A stretch of DNA of 27,249 nucleotides from Kofleriaceae bacterium (GTDB lineage Bacteria > Myxococcota_A > Polyangia > Haliangiales > Haliangiaceae), in contig JBKJLC010000128.1 of assembly GCA_046597055.1 (NCBI GenBank), positions 1 through 27,249 of the forward strand. Direction: 5' to 3'. The first letter of the stretch is position 1. Every line of letters starts with the position of its first letter. Below, piece after piece: positions 17,035 through 24,351 of the stretch. The notes under the pieces are model-generated. The model was not told the origin of the DNA. It was given only the letters and a program-made list of their open reading frames with translations, and did no database searches. The translations under genes were made by a program, and so were the position numbers.

Positions 17035-18438
17035 TCACGGCCGGGGCGCGAGCTCGATCCCTCGATGATGCGCCGGATCCCGGTCGGCCAGCCCGATCCC
17101 GGCCCCGAAGGTGATCGCCGCGGTGGGCCCGGCGGTCGTGTTGCGCAGCGCGAGCGGGTTGGACTGCTCTTGCGCCACGACGAGGTCGAGCCTGCCGTCG
17201 CCGTCCAGGTCGCCGATGTCGAAGGTCATCCCTGCGAGCTGGTCCCAGCTCCACGCCGGCGTGGACGGGAACACGCCGCCGTTGTTGCGGTAGATCTCGG
17301 TCTTGGTGCCGGCCCAGCCGCCGACCAGGACGTCGAGGTCGCCGTCGCCGTCGAAGTCGGCGCAGTGGGTCTCGGTGCGAAAGGCCTCGGCCGGCGCGAC
17401 CGGGTTGACCGCGAGCAGCGGCGTGGGCAGGAAGCCGTCGGCGCCGTTGGCGTAGATCCGCAGGAAGTTGCGGCCCGCGGTCACCAGCTCGGGCCGCGGC
17501 GAGCCGGCGAGCTGGCACAGCCGGAGGCCGTCCGCGCCGACGAAGGTCGGGGTCGGCAGCGCGGTGGTCGTGAAGCCATCGGTGAGATCGTTGCGGTGTA
17601 CCCGCAGGCGGTTGCCGTTGAGCACATCGCCGGTGATCAGATCGAGGTCGCCATCGCCGTCGAGGTCGCCCCAGTCGGCGGTCAGGATGTCGTCGCCGGT
17701 GACCAGCGGCGACAGCGCCACGAAGGTCCCGGCGTCGTTGCGGACCAGGCGTGACGGGCCGGCCCCGATCCCGAGGCGCGCGCTGACGAACAGGTCGAGG
17801 TCGCCGTCGCGGTCGTAGTCGGCCCAGGTGACGTGGGCGCCGTGGAACTGGGCGATGCCGGACTGGCTGCCCGCGTCAACCCAGCCCTGCGGGGTCGCCG
17901 TGCGCACGCCCCAGCCGGTCTCGCCGACGTAGGCGAGATCGCCGTCACCGTCGCCGTCGTGATCGGCCACCGCCGCATAGTTCACCTCGGTCAGCGGGAT
18001 CTCGAACAGGATGCTGGTCGCGCCGTCGGAGGGCACCCCGATGATGCCGCCCGGTGACGGGAACACCGCCATGCCGCTGCAGCTGTGCGCGGGCCCGCGC
18101 TCGCAGGAGGTCTCGACCTGCTGCACGCACGCGCGATCCCATCCCAGCGCGCAGCACGCCGGGTTGATCGCGCACACGGTCGTGACGCACGCGTCCGGGT
18201 GCGGGCCCATCGCCGGGCCTTCGAGGCAGACGTTGCGGGGATTCGCCTCGGGTCCGTCGATCGGGACCTCGACGTCGCGACCATCGGTCTCATCCGGGTA
18301 GCTGCAGGTGAGGTCGGCGCCGCAGACACCCTGGACCTCGCCACGCTGGCAGTCGCGGCTCTGCTCGCAGCGGTACGGGTCGGGGACGGGGCAACCCGCG
18401 AGTGACACGAGCATCAGGACGAGCACGTTGTTGCGCAC
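17035..18438 (-). CDS. Cys-rich FG-GAP/VCBS-repeat lipoprotein, copy 2 (tandem paralog)
   Basis: Signal VRNNVLVLMLVSLAG-C. Collinear with copy 1, sharing CLEGPAMGPHPDACV, NPACCALGWDRACVQ, ADWGDLDGDGDLDLITGDV, LRLCQLAGSP, RTETHC, HRGIxLAPRP. Confidence 0.85.
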   Translation of the reverse strand: MRNNVLVLMLVSLAGCPVPDPYRCEQSRDCQRGEVQGVCGADLTCSYPDETDGRDVEVPIDGPEANPRNVCLEGPAMGPHPDACVTTVCAINPACCALGWDRACVQQVETSCERGPAHSCSGMAVFPSPGGIIGVPSDGATSILFEIPLTEVNYAAVADHDGDGDGDLAYVGETGWGVRTATPQGWVDAGSQSGIAQFHGAHVTWADYDRDGDLDLFVSARLGIGAGPSRLVRNDAGTFVALSPLVTGDDILTADWGDLDGDGDLDLITGDVLNGNRLRVHRNDLTDGFTTTALPTPTFVGADGLRLCQLAGSPRPELVTAGRNFLRIYANGADGFLPTPLLAVNPVAPAEAFRTETHCADFDGDGDLDVLVGGWAGTKTEIYRNNGGVFPSTPAWSWDQLAGMTFDIGDLDGDGRLDLVVAQEQSNPLALRNTTAGPTAAITFGAGIGLADRDPAHHRGIELAPRP

Positions 18439-18518
18439 GAGACACTTCCACACGCCGGCGGGTCACGCGGCCAGTGCATTCGCTGGCACTCGCTGGAAAC
18501 CCGCGCGATTATTGAAGA

Positions 18519-18571
18519 AGTGCGGACTCCAGTCCTCGCAATCACCAGCGAGTGTGGACTCCAGTCCTCAC
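18519..18571. repeat. Two 21-bp palindromic direct repeats (REP-like doublet)
   Basis: AGTGCGGACTCCAGTCCTCGC (18519-18539) and AGTGTGGACTCCAGTCCTCAC (18551-18571), 19/21 identical, each with a GGACT-CC-AGTCC dyad. Directly after the cofH stop. Confidence 0.85.
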
Positions 18572-18573
18572 TT

Positions 18574-19851
18574 TCAGTCGTCGATTCTCTGAGCGACACC
18601 GCGCTCGACCGCCGCCGGTCGCCGGAGCGGGATCAGCTGGTCGCCGCCCCGCCGGGCCCGCTGGAAGCGGAACCGGGGATCGCGGGTGAGCGCGTCGTAG
18701 GTGCCGAAGGTGGCGGCCGCATCGGTGAGGCCATCGAGCGGATCGCCGGCCTGGGTCGCGTCCGCCGGCGGCACCAGCTGGTACAGCGTGGTCCGCTGGG
18801 CGGCGATCCGACCGGCGCCGCGCGCGACCCGCCGCAGCTCGGCCGGGGTCGCGACCTGACCGTGGCGGGCGCCCGCCGAGGTCGAGATGCTCTCGTTCAT
18901 CAGGGTGCCGCCGAGGTCGTTGACGCCGCACGCCAGCAGGTGCTCGGCGCCGCGCAGCCCTTCCTTTACCCACGACACCTGCAGGTTGGCGAGGTCGGCG
19001 CCGAGCATCAGGCGCGCGAGCGCGTGCGTGCGCACCACGTCGATGCCGCCCGGGCCCGGCTGCACGCCGGGCTCGGCCGCGAACAGCGGCGCCTCGGTGT
19101 GCACGAACGACAGCGGCACGAACTCGGTGAAGCCGCCGGTGTCGCGCTGGAGATCGCGCAGGCGCTCGAGGTGGCGCAGGCGATCGGCGGGCGACTCGAC
19201 GTGGCCGTACATCATCGTCGCGGTGGTGGGCAGGCCGACCTCGTGGGCGGTGCGGACCACGTCGAGCCACTCGGCGCTGGTGATGCGCCCGGGCGCGATG
19301 CGATCACGGATGGTGTCGTCGAGGATCTCGGCCGAGGTGCCGGGCAGCGAGCCAAGCCCGGCCTCGCGCAGCGCGAGCAGGTACTCGCGGATCGACAGGC
19401 GGGCGCGGTGGGCTCCGTACTGCACCTCCTCCGGCGAGAACGCGTGCAGGTGGAGCTCGGGCGCGGCCCGCTTCACCGCGCGGGTCAGCTCGACGTAGAG
19501 CATGCCGTCGATGCCCGGCGCGAGCCCGGCCTGCAGGCACACCTCGGTGGCGCCGAACGCGCGCGCCTCCAGCGCGCGGCGCACGATCTCGTCGACGCCC
19601 AGGAAGTAGCCCTGGTCGGAGCGAACGCCGCGCGAGAACGCGCAGAACTTGCACTTCTTGATGCAGACGTTGGTGAAGTTGATGTTGCGGTTGACCACGT
19701 AGGTGACGCGATCGCCGGCCTGGCGCGCGCGCAGCTCGTCGGCGGTCGCGCACAGCGCGTGGAGGTCGCCGCCGGTCGCCTCGGTGAGCGGCAACAGCTC
19801 GCGCCACGACGGTGTGTGGCCGGCCAGGCAGGCGGCGAGGATCGCTCTCAC
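18574..19851 (-). CDS. cofH: FO synthase subunit 2 (radical SAM)
   Basis: VTYVVNRNINFTNVCIKKCKFCAF (CxxxCxxC), GATEVCLQAG, HAFSPEE, PGTSAEILDD, TATMMYGHVE, FTEFVPL, QVSWVKEG, NDLGGTLMNESI. GTGA overlap with cofG. Confidence 0.93.
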   Translation of the reverse strand: MRAILAACLAGHTPSWRELLPLTEATGGDLHALCATADELRARQAGDRVTYVVNRNINFTNVCIKKCKFCAFSRGVRSDQGYFLGVDEIVRRALEARAFGATEVCLQAGLAPGIDGMLYVELTRAVKRAAPELHLHAFSPEEVQYGAHRARLSIREYLLALREAGLGSLPGTSAEILDDTIRDRIAPGRITSAEWLDVVRTAHEVGLPTTATMMYGHVESPADRLRHLERLRDLQRDTGGFTEFVPLSFVHTEAPLFAAEPGVQPGPGGIDVVRTHALARLMLGADLANLQVSWVKEGLRGAEHLLACGVNDLGGTLMNESISTSAGARHGQVATPAELRRVARGAGRIAAQRTTLYQLVPPADATQAGDPLDGLTDAAATFGTYDALTRDPRFRFQRARRGGDQLIPLRRPAAVERGVAQRIDD

Positions 19852-20945
19852 GCGCGACCGCCCGGCACCGCCGCCGCGTGCCCGGCGAGGAGCCGCGGCG
19901 CCAGCTCGGGCGCGACGAACGCCGGGCTGCGCCAGCCGTCGTGGATGGGCAGCCGCGGCGCGAGCGTGAAGCCGGCGGCGGCGCAGCTGGCGGCCAGCTG
20001 CTCGAGGTGCGGCCAGGCGTAAGCCAGGTTGATGTAGTCGGGCGTCAGCGGCGAGATGCCGCCGAGGTCGTTGATGCCGGCGGCGAGCAGCGGCGCGAGG
20101 TCGGCCGACAGGTTGGGCGGCGCCTGCACGGTGATGTCCTCGTCGAGCACCAGGCGGGCCAGCGCGATCGCGCGGGCATGCTCGTCCTCGCCTGGCTCGG
20201 GCGCGTCGGCCATGGGGGTCGCGGCGTGCGCGCGGAACCGCTGCACGATCACCTCCTGGATGTGACCGTGGCGCTGGTGCAGCGCGCGGATCGCGAGCAG
20301 CGCGTCGAGGCGCTCGGCCTCGGTCTCGCCGATCCCGATCAGGAGCCCCGACGTGAACGGGATGTGCAGCGCGCCGGCCTCCTCGATCATCGCCAGCCGC
20401 ACCGCTGGTCGCTTGTCGGGCGCGCGGTGATGAGGCTGGCCGCGCTGGCACAGCCGCGCGCTGGTGGTCTCGAGCATCAGCCCGAGGCTGGCGTTGACCG
20501 GCCGCAGCGCCGCCATCTCGTGCTCGGTGAGGATGCCGGCGTTGGTGTGCGGCAGGAGCCCGGCGGCCAGCGCCGCGCCGCACGCCCACACCAGGTACTC
20601 GACCGTGCTGGCGAAGCCCCAGCTCGCGAGCAGGGTCTGGTACGAGGGAAACACCGACTCGGGACGATCGCCCAGGCAGAACAGCGCCTCGGTGCAGCCG
20701 AGCTGACGCGCGCGCGCCAGCGATGCGGTGACCTGGTCGGGCGACATCGTGAGCGCGCCGAGATCCTTGGGCGACCGGCGAAACGCGCAGTAGTCGCACA
20801 CGTCGCGACACAGGTTGGTCAGCGGCAGGAACACCTTGGGCGAGTAGGTGATGCGGCGGCCCCACCCATGATCGCGGCGTTCGCCGGCAGCGGCGACCAG
20901 CTCGGCGGTCGACAGCGCCAGGAACGCGTGGGCCGCGTCGCTCAC
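19848..20945 (-). CDS. cofG: FO synthase subunit 1 (radical SAM)
   Basis: ITYSPKVFLPLTNLCRDVCDYCAF, GCTEALFCLGDRPE, GLLPHTNAG, SLGLMLE, PFTSGLLIGIGET, HIQEVIVQ, QAPPNL, GGISPLTPDYIN. Confidence 0.93.
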   Translation of the reverse strand: MSDAAHAFLALSTAELVAAAGERRDHGWGRRITYSPKVFLPLTNLCRDVCDYCAFRRSPKDLGALTMSPDQVTASLARARQLGCTEALFCLGDRPESVFPSYQTLLASWGFASTVEYLVWACGAALAAGLLPHTNAGILTEHEMAALRPVNASLGLMLETTSARLCQRGQPHHRAPDKRPAVRLAMIEEAGALHIPFTSGLLIGIGETEAERLDALLAIRALHQRHGHIQEVIVQRFRAHAATPMADAPEPGEDEHARAIALARLVLDEDITVQAPPNLSADLAPLLAAGINDLGGISPLTPDYINLAYAWPHLEQLAASCAAAGFTLAPRLPIHDGWRSPAFVAPELAPRLLAGHAAAVPGGRA

Positions 20946-21724
20946 GCGCCACCCGCGGTGGCGGCGGCGTCGAGAAAGGCCGGGCGCTCACCGCCGCCAT
21001 GCACGACCAGCGCGGTGCCGCTGACCCACGCCGCCAGCGGCGAGGCCAGGAACAGGCACGCGCCCGCGACGTCGTCGGGCGTGCCCATGCGCCCGAGCGG
21101 GATGGTGGCGCCGACCGCCGCGATCCCGGCCTCGCTGCCGTAGTGCAGGTGGGCCTGCTCGGTGCGGATCGGACCGGCCACGATCGCGTTCACCCGCACC
21201 TTCGGCGCCCACTCCACCGCGAGCGACTGGGTCAGGTTGATGAGGCCAGCCTTGGCCGCGCCGTACGCGGCGGTCCCCGGCGACGGGCGCAGGCCGCTGA
21301 CGCTGGCGATGTTGAGGATCACGCCCCCCCCGGCCTGGCGCTGCATCACCGCGTTGGCACGCTGGGCCAGCCACAGCGGCGCGATCAGGTTGAGCTGGAT
21401 GATCGACGCCGAGAACCGCGGCGACACCGTGGCCGCGACCACCGGCGGCGAGCCGCCCGCGTTGTTGACCAGCACGTCGAGGTGACCGTGGCGATCCATC
21501 GCCGCCGCGATCACGCGATCGAGCTGCTCGACCTCGCGCACGTCGGCGTCGACGAAGCTGGCCTGACGGCCGCCCGCGGCCGGCAGCTCGGGCGGCGTGG
21601 TGCGTCCACACACGACGACCTCGGCCCCGGCGGCGAGGAAGCGCAGCGCGATCCCGCGCCCGATGCCACGACCACCGCCGGTGATCACCACCACCTTCCC
21701 ACTCAGGTCGAGACCGTCGGCCAT
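20942..21724 (-). CDS. Short-chain dehydrogenase, Rv3549c-like (C/D-ring cluster)
   Basis: RBS AAGGAG. TGGGRGIG, NNAGGSP, SVSGLRPSPGTAAYGAAKAG, AVEWAPKVRVN, VHGGGERP. Divergent from echA20 as in M. tuberculosis. Confidence 0.85.
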   Translation of the reverse strand: MADGLDLSGKVVVITGGGRGIGRGIALRFLAAGAEVVVCGRTTPPELPAAGGRQASFVDADVREVEQLDRVIAAAMDRHGHLDVLVNNAGGSPPVVAATVSPRFSASIIQLNLIAPLWLAQRANAVMQRQAGGGVILNIASVSGLRPSPGTAAYGAAKAGLINLTQSLAVEWAPKVRVNAIVAGPIRTEQAHLHYGSEAGIAAVGATIPLGRMGTPDDVAGACLFLASPLAAWVSGTALVVHGGGERPAFLDAAATAGGA

Positions 21725-21753
21725 GGAAGCTCCTTCGCGCTGGACACCTAAAG

Positions 21754-21767
21754 TGGAACATGTTCTA
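21754..21767. promoter_or_regulatory. KstR-like operator, site 4 (TGGAACATGTTCTA)
   Basis: Fits TnnAACnnGTTnnA with one break in dyad symmetry, in the 59-bp divergent gap. TGGACA at 21741-21746 has the same spacing as at site 1. Confidence 0.85.
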
Positions 21768-21783
21768 GTCCGACCCGCAAGCG

Positions 21784-22551
21784 ATGAGCACGGGTCCAAG
21801 CATCCGCCACGCCGTCGACGACCGCGGCATCGCCGAGGTGGTCGTCGCCCGCCCTCCGGTCAACGCGCTGCGCATCGCCGACTGGCAAGGCCTCGCCGAT
21901 ACCGTCCGCGCGCTCGGCATCGATCCGCGCGTGCGCGTCGTCGTGCTCGCGGCCGAGGGCCGCGGCTACAACGCCGGCGTCGACATCAAGGAGATCCACG
22001 GCGCGGCCGACACCCACGCCGCGCTGGTCGCGGTCAACCGGGCCTGCGCGGCCGCGTTCGCCGCGGTCTACGAGTGCGAGGTCCCGGTGATCGCCGCGGT
22101 CCACGGCTTCTGCCTCGGCGGCGGCATCGGCCTGGTCGGCAACGCCGACGTCGTGATCGCATCCGACGACGCCAGCTTCGGGCTGCCCGAGGTCGATCGC
22201 GGCGCGCTCGGCGCGGCCACCCACCTGGCCCGCCTGGTCCCGCAGCACCTCATGCGCGCGCTGGTCTACACCGGCCGCCGCATCGCGGCGACCGAGCTGC
22301 ACCGGTACGGCTCGGTGCTCGAGGTGGTGCCGCGCGACCGCCTGCTGGCCGCGGCCCGCGCGGTCGCCGCCGAGATCGCGGCCAAGAGCCCGATCGCGAT
22401 CCGCGCCGCCAAGCAGTCGCTCAACGGCATCGACCCGATCGATGTCCGTCGCAGCTACCGGTACGAGCAGGGCTTCACCTACGAGCTCACGCTCGCCGGC
22501 GTCGGCGCCGAGCAGCGCGCCGCGTTCGCCGAGAAGCGGACCGACAAGTGA
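21784..22551 (+). CDS. echA20: Crotonase-family D-ring hydrolase, EchA20-like
   Basis: PPVNAL, EGRGYNAGVDIKE, AVYECEVPVIAAVHGFCLGGGIGLVGNAD, FGLPEVDRGALGAATHLARLVPQH, SYRYEQGFTYEL. Confidence 0.9.
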   Translation: MSTGPSIRHAVDDRGIAEVVVARPPVNALRIADWQGLADTVRALGIDPRVRVVVLAAEGRGYNAGVDIKEIHGAADTHAALVAVNRACAAAFAAVYECEVPVIAAVHGFCLGGGIGLVGNADVVIASDDASFGLPEVDRGALGAATHLARLVPQHLMRALVYTGRRIAATELHRYGSVLEVVPRDRLLAAARAVAAEIAAKSPIAIRAAKQSLNGIDPIDVRRSYRYEQGFTYELTLAGVGAEQRAAFAEKRTDK

Positions 22552-22594
22552 TGGACGGGGCTGATCGGAACGGCATGCGTTCGGCCCAGGTCAG

Positions 22595-22752
22595 CCCGGT
22601 TCGCCCTGAGCGCAGCGCGAAGCGCGGAATCGAAGGGTGCCCTTCCTCCGGTGTGGCGGGCGTCCTTCGACGCCGCCCGTCGCTTCGCGCCGGGCTGCGC
22701 TCAGGACGAACGGGGGAGACGGGTCGCACCGGTACTTCGGGTCAGTCTCCCC
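22595..22752. repeat. Long imperfect palindromic repeat element between echA20 and ipdA
   Basis: GTTCGCCCTGAGCGCAGC (22599-22616) pairs with GCTGCGCTCAGGACGAAC (22694-22711) with 1 mismatch. Nested GCGAAGCG/CGCTTCGC and TCGAAGG/CCTTCGA. Adjacent GGGGAGAC/GTCTCCCC stem (22713-22752). Confidence 0.85.
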
Positions 22753-22795
22753 AGGGACGACGGGCCATGACGCGGACTCTCTGCGCAGGACATCC

Positions 22796-23617
22796 ATGAA
22801 GGACAAGCGGATCCCGGCCGAGGAGGTCGTGGCCGAGCTGCGGCCGGGCATGACGATCGGGATCGGCGGCTGGGGCTCGCGCCGCAAGCCGATGGCGCTG
22901 GTGCGCGCGATCCTGCGCTCCGACCTGAAGGACCTCACGATCGTTACCTACGGCGGCCCCGATGTCGGGCTGCTGTGCGCGGCCGGCAAGGTGCGGCGCC
23001 TGATCACCGGCTTCGTGTCGCTCGACTCGATCGCGCTCGATCCCTGCTATCGCGCGGCGCGGCAGCGCGGTGACCTCGAGGTGGTCGAGTACGACGAGGG
23101 CATGCTGCAGTGGGGGCTGTACGCGGCCGCGCTGCGGCTGCCGTTCCTGCCGACCCGGGCCGGCCTCGGCAGCGACGTGCTGACGCTGTGCCCCGAGCTG
23201 CGCACGGTCCGCTCGCCCTACCGCGACGCGCACGGCGACGGCGAGGAGCTGGTCGCGATGCCCGCGATCGAGCTCGACGTCGCGCTGTGTCACCTCAACC
23301 GCGCCGACATGGCCGGCAACGCCCAGTTCCTCGGGCCCGACCTCTACTTCGACGACCTGTATCTCGGCGCCGCGAAGCGCCGCTTCGTCTCGGTCGAGCG
23401 GGTGGTCGCCACCGAGGAGCTGCTCGCGGCCGGCTCGGTGCACACGCTGCGCATCCATCGCGGCATGGTCGACGGCGTGATCGAGGCGCCCCGCGGCGCC
23501 GCCTTCACCGAGTGCACGCCCGACTACGGCCGCGACGAGGAGCTGCAGGCCCGCTACGCCGCGGCGGCCGCCGATCCAGCCGCGTGGAACGCGTTCTACC
23601 AGGAGTACGTCGCGTGA
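22796..23617 (+). CDS. ipdA: C-ring-cleaving hydrolase subunit alpha (CoA-transferase fold)
   Basis: GMTIGIGGWGSRRKPMALVRAILRS, YGGPDVGLLC, GFVSLDS, EYDEGM, PFLPTRAGLGSDV, GPDLYFDDL. Confidence 0.92.
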   Translation: MKDKRIPAEEVVAELRPGMTIGIGGWGSRRKPMALVRAILRSDLKDLTIVTYGGPDVGLLCAAGKVRRLITGFVSLDSIALDPCYRAARQRGDLEVVEYDEGMLQWGLYAAALRLPFLPTRAGLGSDVLTLCPELRTVRSPYRDAHGDGEELVAMPAIELDVALCHLNRADMAGNAQFLGPDLYFDDLYLGAAKRRFVSVERVVATEELLAAGSVHTLRIHRGMVDGVIEAPRGAAFTECTPDYGRDEELQARYAAAAADPAAWNAFYQEYVA

Positions 23618-24351
23618 CGCTGCCCGCTGCCCGTCACGAGATCTGCGCGGTCGCGCTGGCCGAGACCTTCCGCGGCGACGGCGAGATCCTGGCCAGCCCG
23701 ATGGGCGTCCTGCCCGGCATCGCCGCCCGCCTGGCCCGCGCCACGTTCGCGCCCGACCTGCTGCTGTCCGACGGGGTCGCGTCGCTGGTCAGCGCCACCG
23801 GCGCGGTCGAGGGCTGGCTGCCGTATCGCACCGTGTTCGACGTGGTGTGGTCGGGGCGCCGCCACGTGATCATGGGCGCGTCGCAGATCGACCGCCACGG
23901 CAACCAGAACATCGCGTGCATCGGCGACCCGCGGAAGCCCAAGTCCCAGCTCCTCGGCATGCGCGGCGCACCCGGCAACACGATCAACCACACCACCAGC
24001 TACTGGGTTCCGGTCCACTCGCGCCGGGTGTTCGTGCCCAGGGTCGACGTGGTGACCGGCGTCGGCTACGACCGCGCCGCCGCGCTCGGCCCGCGCGCCG
24101 CGCGCTTCCATGAGATCCGCCGGGTGGTCACTGATCTGGCGGTGCTCGACTTCGGCACCGTCGATCGCACGATGCGGCTGGTCTCGCTGCATCCCGGGGT
24201 GGCGCTCGCCGACGTGGTCGAGAAGACCGGCTTCCCGCTCGGCTTCGTCGAGCCGGTGCCGACCACCCGTCTGCCGACCGCCGACGAGCTCGATCTGCTG
24301 CGCCGGGTGATCGACCCGCGCGGCGCGGGCCAGAAGGAGGTCGCGGCCTGA
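23614..24351 (+). CDS. ipdB: C-ring-cleaving hydrolase subunit beta
   Basis: EICAVA...FRGDGEILASPM, EGWLPYRTVF, GRRHVIMGASQIDRHGNQN, GMRGAPGNTINHTTSYW. GTGA overlap. Confidence 0.92.
   Translation: MTLPAARHEICAVALAETFRGDGEILASPMGVLPGIAARLARATFAPDLLLSDGVASLVSATGAVEGWLPYRTVFDVVWSGRRHVIMGASQIDRHGNQNIACIGDPRKPKSQLLGMRGAPGNTINHTTSYWVPVHSRRVFVPRVDVVTGVGYDRAAALGPRAARFHEIRRVVTDLAVLDFGTVDRTMRLVSLHPGVALADVVEKTGFPLGFVEPVPTTRLPTADELDLLRRVIDPRGAGQKEVAA

Noticed and set aside
18519..18571. Mini CRISPR array
   Set aside because: Only two 21-bp repeats, an 11-nt spacer and no cas genes.
18520..20022. Long antisense ORFs (also 2013-3407, 3199-4629, 15526-16869, 19812-21143, 24066-25457, 24986-26488)
   Set aside because: They mirror well-supported genes on the other strand and have no recognisable motifs.
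18574..21000. 808-aa ORF as a fused FbiC (CofG-CofH)
   Set aside because: The CofG motifs are in a different frame (19848-20945) with their own stop. The N-terminal 383 codons are Arg/Ala/Pro-rich shadow sequence, and cofH starts at the GTGA overlap.
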